Position numbers and translations under genes: made by a program. Below are positions 9,331 through 20,000 of a stretch of DNA of 20,000 bases, piece after piece. How positions within the stretch are numbered: the stretch's first letter is position 1; each line of letters begins with the position of its first letter. Location of the stretch: assembly GCF_024521635.1 (NCBI RefSeq), contig NW_026250416.1, forward strand, positions 866,864 through 886,863, written 5' to 3'. The notes under the pieces are model-generated. The model did no database searches. It had not been told where the DNA came from and worked only from the letters and a program-made list of their open reading frames with translations. The stretch comes from Tricharina praecox (Eukaryota).

Positions 9331-10452
9331 GCGTGAGGGGGATTATCGAAAAGGTCAGCACTTTATCGATGCTCGTGGGGGGGTGTAGCTGGCAGGTAGT
9401 CCGACTGATTCCGCGTTACTGGTAGTTTGCCGATGCTGATATACCGCTGATCTAGACTTCCATACTCTCCTACTTCAACGAACATCTCTTCACAATATCA
9501 TTTAGTGCAAATCACTCACATCGTTTAACATCACCCTGCCATCGTCTTCCGCATATCTAGCCAAACTAGGAACTCCAACCCAGATTTATGCACGTCTCGC
9601 CGGTCATTTTGTTGATGACATCGCGATTCAAGTGAGACACGATATGCACTGCTAACAATAGTGACGATTCCGATACCGAGGTTACGGTGGTTACAGGAGT
9701 TCTAGCGAGGCAGAACAGGTATCGATAGTGGTAAAGCTGTGATGTTCTCAGAGCTGCCTCCTTCTTCCAGTGTCTCAGCCCTTGACTGCAAGTGGCGGCG
9801 GAGAACTTCCGACGACGAAGATCAGTTGAATGCCGCGGTAAAGCTGTCCGAATAGATCGTAGCTTGACAACAACGGTCCGGATGCCAGTCACTAATCTAT
9901 CACCCGTTTGCTCGTCTAGTAGAGACCTCATTTTTTCATTTTCCATATAGGGTGTCTTGAGTGATATACCGCTTTGTGGGCTTCACGGATCTCCCATAAT
10001 CGTCAGAGCCTCCATGCTCTGAAGAAAAAGCAACCGGCTCTCAGGCGACCGCAGCTGCGTGTCAAAGTACCGCAATTCAAGCTGTAACTCGGTTCGAAGA
10101 AACAATCTGTGCCTTAAACAACTCGGTTTCAAATCGGTTATTCAACCATATTCCACAGCAACATCTCATAATTGCTGTTTATTGGTGGTGGTGAAGCGTA
10201 CCTTTTCCTGCCGGTGGGGTCTCACCGCCAAAGGTCGCTAGGCTACCAGTCAATCGAGCGATCCCTGCAAGCCCGGAACTCTGGGGAAACCAAGTTTATA
10301 TCAACGGCAACACCGAAGTTCTGATTGACTGCCCAATCTATATCATGCAATACCTACAGCCCCAATTCCTCGGCATCGACTCCACCTTCGATACTTAAGT
10401 TCAACATGTTTACGATCTCATTCACCACATCGACGTCATTCGTTCGCTACAG

Positions 10453-12212
10453 ATGCACACCACACTCCTTTGTCTCCTTCCTCTCATGGAGTTAGGTCTT
10501 GTCACTGCGCAGGACAGCACCGGAAACACCTCAGAGCTCCTACTCAATACTGCCACTAGTCCAGTCCTCGGTCACTATGCCGCCGATACCTCCAACACTG
10601 TTCGCGAGTACCTTGGGATACCCTACGCAACGCCACCCGTCGGTCCTCTGCGATGGAGAGCACCAGTTCGCGCTCGTCGGTGGGCGAGGACTTTTAACGC
10701 CTCTACGTTTGGAGCGACTTGCTACAACACCGGATTGAGCCTTCCCATTGATAGCGGAGCTGGGGCGAACAGTACCAGCCCCATTCAGCTGCCGAACCCG
10801 CCGGTAGAGAGCGAAGACTGTGTAGGCTCCCCGGTTGTTGTGGGGATCTGACAGCTAATGGTGGTAGTTGTCGATTAACGTGTGGGCTCCGGGCAATTCG
10901 AGGCTGCGGAGTAATGGAGCGGCAGTACTGCTGTGGATTCATGGAGGAGGATTCGTGCTTGGTGGAAGCTTCACACCGTTTTACAGCGGGGCCAATATCG
11001 TCCGCGACCAGACCAATGTTATTGTTGTTTCATTTAACTAGTATTCCCCCCTCCACATGCCAGATGTTATCGCCAGCTGTCGTGCGATTGCAGATCATTG
11101 CTAATCAGTCACAGCCGCCTGAACGCCTTCGGTTTTCCAAATGCGCCTGGCCTCCCTCCGACACAACGAAACCTCGGCCTCCTGAATGTTCGTGCCGCCG
11201 TCGAATGGACGCATAGAAACATTGCCCGCTTCGGAGGCTCACCTAGCCGAATCACTCTTTTTGGTTAATCTGCCGGCGCCGCTGCAACCGACGCATACCT
11301 TTTCTTCGGCCAGAATTCCCCACCACTCATCGCCGGCGCTATCCTTCAATCTGGGATCATGTCTATGGCACGCGACGTAACTCCCAGTGCTGGCTCTGGC
11401 GCAACTTGGACTGCCCTATCAGCAGCTCTCAACTGCACCGCTTCATCCGCCGCTACAACCCTTCGCTGCCTGCGGGCAGTTCCTGCTCCTCGCCTTCGCT
11501 CCGCCGTCACCGAAGGAAATCTCATGTTCGGCCCGGCTACGGATAACGGCACCATTTTCAGCGACCAGCCCGCACGCCTCGAGTCAGGGAACTTCGTCCG
11601 CGTCCCAGTCCTCGTCGGGACTAACGATGAAGAACTCGGTAACACGACCATGTCCGCCGCCGCAACTCTGCTCGCTTTCACATGCCCCGCCGCCAAAACT
11701 GCGAAGGCGCACACCAGATTCGGTCCCACGTGGCAATACAGGTTCATGGGCGACTTTCCGACCGGCACCTCCAGGTTCGAAAGTCCCAGGGCTTTCCATG
11801 GCAGTGAGATCAGGCTTATATTTGGGAGGTACGATCGGAAAGTAGCGACGGACCAGCAGAGGGCGGCGAGTGTTTATATGCAAGGTAGGGGCCTGTTGTC
11901 CGGATAGAAGGGGCTGTTTCTAATCATCACAGGCGCATGGGCGGCGTTTGCAAACGATCCATCCAAGTGGTTGGATAGTTATGAGGGCGGTTGGGTACGA
12001 CTTTTTCCGTATCTGTCCTTCATTAGAATATTACTGATAGGAAATAGCCTCGGTATAATTCGAAGACGACTTCCGTGGTGCTGCTGGCAGATAAGAAGTA
12101 AGCCTATAGCCCGGTAATCTTCCTCTTGATTCGACGGTACTGATATCCGGACAGTCAAGCAAAGGCCACCTTCGCAAATCCGGCGCAGTACGAAAGAGGA
12201 TGTCGCTTTTAA
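10453..12212 (+). pseudogene. Secreted type-B carboxylesterase/lipase (cholinesterase-like alpha/beta hydrolase), 6 exons, 493 codons, one in-frame TAA
   Basis: Exons 10453-10821, 10868-11040, 11115-11884, 11933-11994, 12048-12097, 12155-12212 (1482 nt, all GT-AG with branch sites). Motifs: signal peptide, YLGIPYATPPVGPLRW, SEDCLSINVW, WIHGGGF oxyanion loop, SFNYRL, FGGSPSRITLFG*SAG, GTNDEE, FTCPA, AFHGSEI, AWAAFANDP. TAA at 11266-11268 (codon 232). Confidence 0.9.
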
Positions 12213-14115
12213 TCAGTTACTGGTCGCGGCGATAATCTCAAGGGCTTGTCGCTTAGTTGTTGGTCTTGGTGCTGGCCGCGCTGGATGTGGATATGGAATG
12301 AACGGGGACAGTTGGTTCTTGAGGAAGCAAATATTTATGAAACAAATCTGTCTCGTTTCCGGCACCTCCGAACTCACTCGTTTTGGCCCACCATACTTCC
12401 ATGGGTGTTAACGAAGTGGGTGGGGTGTAATAAGGTTGATTTTTCGCGCTTTTCTGTTTCCATTCGCTTTTTTGTATGAACGTAGAAGAAACAAAACCTC
12501 TATGACTATGTGAGCGATGCTGTCTCGGCGGAGAGCAGTGCAAATGGCATGTTTGATTCATGACTCTCGTTCGCTTTCGTCGTGATTGTGTCGAATCGTG
12601 TGGTGCTTCGAGATCCCGACTGCCCGACGAAGCTGGATAATCTACAGCCTCTACTTCAAGCGCAAAGATCCTGAGTCCTGACGGACTGGATATTACTGGC
12701 CCGTAGATGCTACTTGGCTACGGAATCAATCTGTACGACTAAACTGCTCACGGCTGAAAATGATGGCATATTTACACCTCAGCACATTACTTCTTCTCCA
12801 AGAGTATTTATCTCGGCCTAGGTATCTCATCTCCTTCAAAGAAACAGTGCTCCCTGACACTTCACCGTCACCTTACAGCGGACACGAGGAGAGATGCCTC
12901 ATGTGCTCCGGACGCCGTAATCTGACATTAACTTCCGTTGTAAACCGGTAGACTGACCTACGCTCGCCTTTTGTCCCCCGGAACTGGGTATAATGCTGCG
13001 ATGTGGTGCTCTTCTGTAATCTCGTGCAAATCTTCGATAAACACACACAAGTCCCCGTCGTTCAGATGGCAAGACAGTCAGAGTATACCTCCTCGAGGGT
13101 GAGTTGGTGTGGGCAGCATCGTGGAATCTGGATTGCTGCAGATGGTCGACTTCAGGTTCCGTCGCACTACCGTCTGCAAAAAACCACCAAAATAACGCCT
13201 CTGTATTCCTCACGCCTTCCGTCTGCAGTCCTCAGCGATAGCATTCGCAGAATCCATCTCATGGAAAGGCCATCGCGTAGCTATCAACGATGTGACCGGC
13301 GCCGATGCGATGGAGGCGAATCAAGCAGGTACAGGTGGGTTAGTCCGGTTCGACTGTCGGCAGCTGAATGAGAGTCTCACAAACTGATTGCTCGGCGATG
13401 AAGAGAGGTGGACATAATATTTTGACTCATCAACTCCATTATTATTTGTCTGATATAGTGCCTTCGACGGTGAATATGGGTGAACATCGTGTGATTCGTG
13501 AGTCGACGATGGATAGTGGAGCGATCATTCATGAAGGGCGGAAGGCAGTGAGAGAGGATCTCGTCCAACCTGTTATCCACACATCACCATGGCTTCAACA
13601 GATTTGTAGTAATCCAGTGGGGGAGGCGTGCCTCACCTTATCCTGCCACTCTCCAACTCGTTCCGTATCCATTGCAATCTCGCATCTCCAATAAAACACC
13701 CTAGCAGCGGTGGCTGCCGAGGGTCTTATCACCGAGACTACCTCATCGAGATCTTCTTACCTATCACAGTATTATATCCCTCAATCAGCATCTAGAAGTC
13801 TTCGTTGAGCGGGATTAACAGAGTAGATGCATTGCGTGTGGACGTCCGAGAGTTGCGATCATCGCCGGTCACTCGTAAAACTCGCTTCCGGGTTAACGAA
13901 GACTGATTTGGACAAAGATCTCTATTAGAGTAGTTCAATTTGGTTACTCTACTTTCACATTGAGTTACCATACGTTTGTGTCTGCCCACCCTGCAGTAGA
14001 CCTGGGTTCCCTCCGCTCTCCTGTCTTGTATCCCACTACTTCAAGCTTCCTCCTCTTCCTCCCTACAAACAGTTTCACACCATCTCAACCAACAACAATC
14101 GATCTACATATCAAC

Positions 14116-14562
14116 ATGTTTATCCATCTCGGCATTCTTGCTGCCGTCTCGATCATGGTTGCCTCCGCTTCGGCCGCTCCTATCGATTCGGCGGCTGCCT
14201 CCGGCTCTGTCGGCACCGTCGTTCCGGTGTACCTCCCCACCTCCTTCGAGAGCCCTCACCAGGCTCCCGTGAGCCACGACAAAATATTCCTCTCTTCTCC
14301 CGCCACCCCCAACCCGCTCGATAAGACGCGCACTGGCATCCCCAGCACCGGATCCAGGTGCGCAGATCATCGGCTCGGTCCTATGCGAGACCTCGCTGGC
14401 CTCGCCCTTGTTCTTCGAGATTAACGTACAGCGGAAGCTGACCATCTCTTGTGGCTCGTCCGGGCTTCACAAATATTCAGGCTGCATTTGAGGAGGTGCT
14501 TTCCAAGTGGTTCATCTGACAGATGGCGAAAATCGACTCGAGTTGTGTATTGTCGCGAGTGA
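14116..14562 (+). CDS. Small secreted protein / prepro-peptide (107 aa if intron 14358-14480 is spliced; 102 aa ending at 14424 if not)
   Basis: TCAACATG start after a CT-rich leader; signal peptide MFIHLGILAAVSIMVASASA|AP; Ser/Pro-rich region. The intron AG|GTGCGC...GCTGAC...TTCAG gives the C-terminus RLHLRRCFPSGSSDRWRKSTRVVYCRE*. Confidence 0.6.
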
Positions 14563-15312
14563 TCCTCCATGTCGTCGGCACTACGCTCCATCGCCAGACG
14601 ACGACTGCGAAAGCCTGGGGGCGATGTCCAAAGAGGCAGTTCTGCACGTTCTTGCGGGGACCCCGCATTTGCTTGGTCCAGTCGGAGGCAATAAGTGCTT
14701 ACTCTGTGCCTCCTCCTTGCATTACGACACCTCGCATTTTCCTGCTCGTTGAGTCGTCCGCATCCTTTGTTGCAAGGATTACATCCTGGACGACAGTTAT
14801 CGGCAAGACATCGGCAGACTGGGAATGTAAGCACTTGCACACCATCCTACTACTGACTTTCTGGAGGATTTCTCCGCTACCAAGGGAAACGGATATCTAT
14901 TCGCGATCGACTGGCATCGAAGGGTAGGAAAGTGGGATGATTGTGTTGCAGCGAGGAATGCGCCTAGAGGCTGCTTGTCACGACAAGCGCGTTTACTACG
15001 TCGGATGAGGTCTGATCGCCCTTTTCCGCACACATCCCCGATCATTCAACTGCCATCCGTCAATTGCAACCGAGGGCAATATCTGCAAGGGTTAGGTGAC
15101 TATCGGCTAGAACCTGGAAGGCGAAGCTCGGGTTCCTACTCACATCCCCCGCATCATCATTGCACTAGCTGGCGAGTTTTATGCAGCAGCGCTGATGCAA
15201 TTTTCACCGGTAGATAAAACCCCATCCCGACACCTCTCCAGTCCCGCCTGGTGTCGTTGCAAGCACGCGATGACGGTAACACCCGAGCCAGCTGGGTGTT
15301 GGCGATACTACG

Positions 15313-18300
15313 ATGAAATTGAACGCACGAAAATTCGCGGGAGAGCCACCTCTACGAATGCTGGGAAGGGATGTCTGTCCTAAATGCTACGTGAGTCGGG
15401 AGCGAAAACTACATACTCGGCATTCCCGGAGCCGACAAAGAATGAAATTACAAGGGAAACTGACAGATGCGATCGGTGTTGGGTGGTGACAGCTCGCGGC
15501 CCGCGACGTGCCTGAAGGGTTTCAACAGCTCGTGGTCGAACTCTGCAATCTCAGAGGTTTACTTGCTTTTATCCGTCATAAGAAAAAAGGAACTGGATTG
15601 GAAGCCGAGAGATGCGGGATGGATGGCATCAGCCATGAGACGATGGTGGCGGCCATCCGTACGCTCGACCAGTTGGACGAGAAGATTACACGGTACCACG
15701 ACTGCGCCGCGAATGGAACAAACCCGCAATTCGGGAGTCGCATGGAGTGGAACACGATGCAGATGGAGATTCGGGAGTTACGCGACAGACTACAAGACGG
15801 TAATCAGGAGCTCGCCGTTTTCGAGAACGGGATCGAGAGGTGAGTACTTCGTTCTTCCCGCAACACTGCCTCGCTGCAAGATGCAGTGCAACCCCACCAG
15901 GCAGAAAGGCTGACATAGACATGTGCTGATCTTTGTCGCGGTCGCTACAATACACAGACTCTGCACGGATCTATGTTGCGACGATTATACTGAAGAACAT
16001 GTCGACTGCTCGTGGTCAAGCACCAACACCTCCTCATACGCGTTCTCTTCGGCCTCTTCCGACGATTTCCCCTGGGATCGCTCGTCATCGTTCATATTCA
16101 CCGAAAGCTCTCGCGCCACGAAGTCGCGGCTCGGATCGATCGAGGAGGAATCGCCGTTGTCTCTAGCAGGGTGTTTCGGGGACCTGGGGCGGCCACATAT
16201 ACTGTCTCTCGAGGAGGAAGTGGTGACGAACGGCATGGTCAAGCAGTTGCAGTTAGCAGGGACCCCCGTGTCGCTGTACTGTAAGCCGCCTCATCCAAGC
16301 TGGAAAGTTCCGCGGGATGCCGCTTTACGGTTCACGTTTTTGTCGAGGACGGAATATCCGAAGACTTCGACAGATTGGCTACGGTGTGCGGTTTGGTGGC
16401 TGTTGAAGGTAGGAAACCTATATGAAAGGTCGAGGTGATTTCTAACTTCGAGTACAGTCGCGCAGTCCAGTCCTCATTCATCGCCGCTCCACCGACAGCA
16501 CCAGTATCTGCTCGTCGATCGATCCGAACATGTCGCATTATCAGGCCTTTGTGGATCTCCAGAAGGCATCGTGGATCGTCTTTGATGTGATACTCAGAGA
16601 TGCGGGAATGCTACTCGTGGTGGTGGAGCAGGACCAGAGACTTCTCGATGGACTCATCAATGTGAGACATCCTACCCGCGCCGGCAAGTACAGGGACTGA
16701 TAGCAGGGTAGGCGTTTGAATCCGATTTCAGGCACCTCGAGCCATTCCGACACCTCATGGACGACGCGCGACCAACCATCAACTACGGCATATGGGAGTA
16801 TTCCGAGCCGACGGCGATTCGGTCGAGCGGCATGGTTGATACGCAGAGATGGATCGACATTCGCGCTGAGGATGCTGGCCATACCGACGAAGTCGTCATG
16901 TTCCGTGGTTTCGTAAACTTACGGATCGGACGTCTACGAAATGGAAGTACCGGTGCACCGTACCTGCTAGTCGTTTCCGGGTGTATCGGCGATAGTGAGC
17001 CCAGTATCACACTGTGCAACCAGACCGGAACGCTGTATCTTTCCCGATACTGTAAGTGACGCTGGCTCCCTGGGTGTGGTAATCGCTGATGAAGAAAGTT
17101 GAGCGCCAGGATTTGCAATCCATGCAAGGCGTGGAACTGGCAGGGATGCTTAGGTGCATACCCCTCAAAATCTCTGGGGTAATGGCATTCGTCGAGTTCA
17201 TCCAACTCTCCGGTCAACATTTCCATCCATTTAATTACTATCTTTATACTAACTTCCGCAGATTACGAGGTCTTCCGTTCAAAGACATCCAACTTCTTCG
17301 ATTCCGTTGTTGCGCGCAACCTCCGCGATGGCGAGACCCGCGAACCGTTGTTTCGAGAAGTCCTGGAATACGTCGAAGACCTACAAGATCCCAGCATCCT
17401 ATTGGAGACACGAGGGAAACATCACTTCTGCGAGCTACGTGTGCTGGAGACCAGGGGGGAACGGGCATATGGATGGCAGACATCGCGGCGACTGGTGCTC
17501 ACCAGTGCGCCGTATGAGTCGTATCCGTGGAGCAAATCATTCTGTAGGTTCATGACAATCGGTGGGGGAAGGCGAGCAACTGATTAATGGTGGTATTAGT
17601 TCTTCCGATGTCGAATGTCCGCCTCGAACGAACGGGATCTCGCGATATCGTCGCCAAATGGTCGGATATCAGTCATACCATCACACGAACCCTCGGCGAC
17701 TATGTTCCAAGAACAAGCTATGTTTATGACGGAAGCTCTCCTACACGGTCGCTACGCTTTGTATTTCGGTCGTCTACCGGTTTGTGGCGTCCGCACTACC
17801 TGTTGGCTTAGTTACTTACATTTGCAGATGCAACAAAATTCGAGCAAAAAATCCTGGGTATCTCCATCGAGCCGGATTACACATGGGTGCGGGACGACAG
17901 AATGACGGCAAAGGTCTTCGCCCTACGAAACGAGAGGAAATCCTCACAATACAAACTTCTCCACCTCACCGAGCGCTCAGGGCCGGAGCAAAGCAGCCGC
18001 ATCTTCTATATTTCTCGGACAACCGACATACATATTACCCCCACGAGTCTTCACTTACCGAACGTCCTCGAACCCGATTACATATCGAACCACATCGACT
18101 TATTACATGAAGCGACTACGGCAGTGGAGCTGGCTAGGTGCTCTCAGAAACCAGCGACGTTGACGCTCGAGCATGCTTCACCCCTCCTTTCTGGGTTGAC
18201 ACCCAGATGGCGTCTCCTCTCTACCGTGCACATCCCCCACGTCGCTTTCCGCGAGGCGCAAAAGTCACGGTTCCGATTCCTACACTCGCCGTCACCTATC

Positions 18301-18639
18301 GCCGCGGGGACCGCCGATTTATCCTTATGGCGGAGGTCCGATCAGGCGCGACTACTCGTGCGCTGGATCAATCCTGTTTGTACCGAGCGATGGATCAGCG
18401 CGACTCTACCCGTCGGTGTGAAGGTGGTGGTGGAGGGAGGAACGGTATTACTAGCACTAGAGGAGATGACACAAGGATCACATTGGGACTTGGGCAGTGT
18501 CAGTGCGGTCGGGGGGGAGGGGGTGAAGGGAATTGACAGGATGGGATGCGAGGTGGAGGTGGAGTTCGTGAATGAGAACGACAGACAGGCTTTTTGCACG
18601 GCAATACGGTCGCCAGAAAGGGCAAAACACGCTCGGTGA
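15313..18639 (+). CDS. Uncharacterised fungal protein (~935 aa, 9 exons): SesA/HeLo-like N-terminal helical region plus tandem PH-like modules
   Basis: Exons 15313-15390, 15493-15839, 15958-16408, 16458-16661, 16712-17051, 17099-17212, 17262-17543, 17600-17779, 17828-18639 sum to 2808 nt with no internal stop; all introns are GT-AG. N-terminus KCYLAARDVPEGFQQLVVELCNLRGLL...RMEWNTMQMEIRELRDRL. Domain names come from motif recall, not from a search. Confidence 0.82.
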
Positions 18640-19664
18640 CATGGGAGGATTTTGATGTACACTATGGTGTTCTGGATAGAACGGATGGCAGTCAAGTAAC
18701 ATAGGATGGAGTTTCGAATGCAAATGTCTTCACTGAATATGCTCCTACATATTCCGTAGTGATGCACGGTGCCGAGGCGCCCATCTTGCCTGACTTGGTT
18801 CGATCGCGATGACGACCTCTGAAGGTCGTCGGCGCATCATAAGATGTCACTCGATAAACTGTCTGCTCTCCTTCAATAAAAAATTCGAAGGCCGGAGAAT
18901 CCGCAGTGAGAGCCAGGCCAAAGTCATAATCGGCAATAGACTGGAAGAGTGGTATAGTGATAGTGAGAGAGAGGAACTAGCGGTGGCTCTGTCACGATTC
19001 AGAAATCCTTGCCTTAAGTAGCTACTAGGATGATGGCCTTCAGCCATCAAAATACCTTTTGGTCGAGTGGTATAGTACTTTCCCATTGTGCTTTATTACG
19101 GGCCCCCGCTCACGCCCGCGAACTCCACCGCCATATGTAGAATGACACCATAGTAACTCATGCAATACATACAATATTGAGCTATACAATAAAGTCACCG
19201 GCATTATAGCAGCCCTGTATGGGCGCGATTTTGACTCCTCGCCTTAGGAGAATTTTGTACTAATATCTATACCTATAAAGGTCAGTGGTGTGGCGTTTGA
19301 CGCTGGCTGGTGTGACTTTTCATACAGCTTGGAGCCCTAATGCTATGCGTGATAAAGAAACGAAATACAACAACCAAAAGCAAAACAAAAACAAGTGCGG
19401 AATGTCAAAAACAAAAACCTGATAAAGAAAATCCTTCACCCAGCCGTCGGCGTCGCTCCTTCCCAATCTTCGTGCTTGGTTGTGTGAAGAAATCCGTTTG
19501 GCAAGGGAAAACTCTTCCGGGTTCTCAGCGTTGTTGTTTTTGTCGCCGCTCGTGGTCGTCATGGTCCTGGCCAATTGCCTGGGCTCTCCCCTGCAGTTTA
19601 CCCTTTCGTCTCCTCCTCCCACCGCCTGGATCATCTCTTCTCCACACCAACCCCGCTACGCCTC

Positions 19665-20000
19665 TGTAACGGCACGGTCCAGCAAGGCTCCAGGTAGCGA
19701 AGTCGGGCGGGTGATTAGGTACGGGGTTTGGCAGAGGCAAGACATGTTCGGAGGACAAAGCAAGGCAAGGCTCAGTGCAGACGGCAACTGGGAACAGAGG
19801 CAAGGACAAGAACTACGGCGCAGACGGCAGCCGAGGCAAGGACAGAGGTAATGGTTGTTGTATTAACATGTTGTTACGTGAAGAACTAAATACAGAGGGG
19901 CAACGGCCCGTTTATATAGAAAATCTTCCACTTCTTCCCACAACCTGACAATGACCGTGGGCGTGTGCCAGACCCTGATAAAATCACCTGGCCAGTACTC
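19665..20000 (-). mobile_element. Probable 3' portion of an LTR (Ty3/gypsy-like; solo or 3' LTR), continuing beyond the window
   Basis: Minus-strand order is TATATAAA (19918-19911), AATACA (19864-19859), short internal repeats (TGTCCTTGCCTC x2, TGCCGTCTGC x2) and the terminus ...GTTACA at 19665. No TGG primer-binding site follows. Confidence 0.55.

Noticed and set aside
11264..11300. A micro-intron (GTTAAT donor) bypassing the esterase TAA
   Set aside because: It would delete the catalytic Ser, and no branch site or acceptor lies nearby.
12246..13990. Several 60-120-aa ORFs and a GTGAGT...CAG pair near 13100-13141
   Set aside because: No consistent spliced frame or recognisable motif; treated as intergenic.
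15466..15510. Apparent frameshift from a 7-bp near-duplication (GCTCGCG/GCCCGCG) if the acceptor at 15466 is used
   Set aside because: The acceptor at 15492 gives a clean frame (KCY|LAARDVPEGF); the AG at 15466 directly abuts the branch site.
19655..19850. Cys-rich minus-strand frame (CPCLGC...CPCLC), metallothionein-like; also CRISPR-like short repeats
   Set aside because: No ATG precedes the Cys-rich repeats, spacing is irregular, and both are explained by LTR-internal repeats in a eukaryotic genome.

Overview
Eukaryotic, intron-rich DNA that reads as a filamentous ascomycete (GT-AG introns mostly 46-58 nt with CTRAY branch sites; the taxonomy is inference). The six-frame ORF track is misleading here because the real genes are spliced. 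By hand I reconstruct: (i) a 6-exon secreted type-B carboxylesterase (10453-12212, +) that is intact except for one in-frame TAA directly before the catalytic Ser (G-*-S-A-G); (ii) an intact 9-exon, ~935-aa uncharacterised gene (15313-18639, +) with a SesA/HeLo-like N-terminal helical region and internally repeated PH-like modules whose duplication is recorded in matching intron positions; (iii) a small secreted prepro-peptide-like gene (14116-14562, +); (iv) two independently inserted, 5'-truncated, decayed LINE 3' ends lying head-to-tail (5516-7403, -) with candidate target-site duplications and conserved 3'UTR blocks; (v) a broken BED zinc finger, a probable LTR end at the right edge, a compound (CT)n microsatellite and several low-confidence orphan genes. 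No rRNA, tRNA or CRISPR array was seen. No novel system is proven; the best leads are the HeLo-like/PH-repeat protein and the stop codon at the esterase active site.
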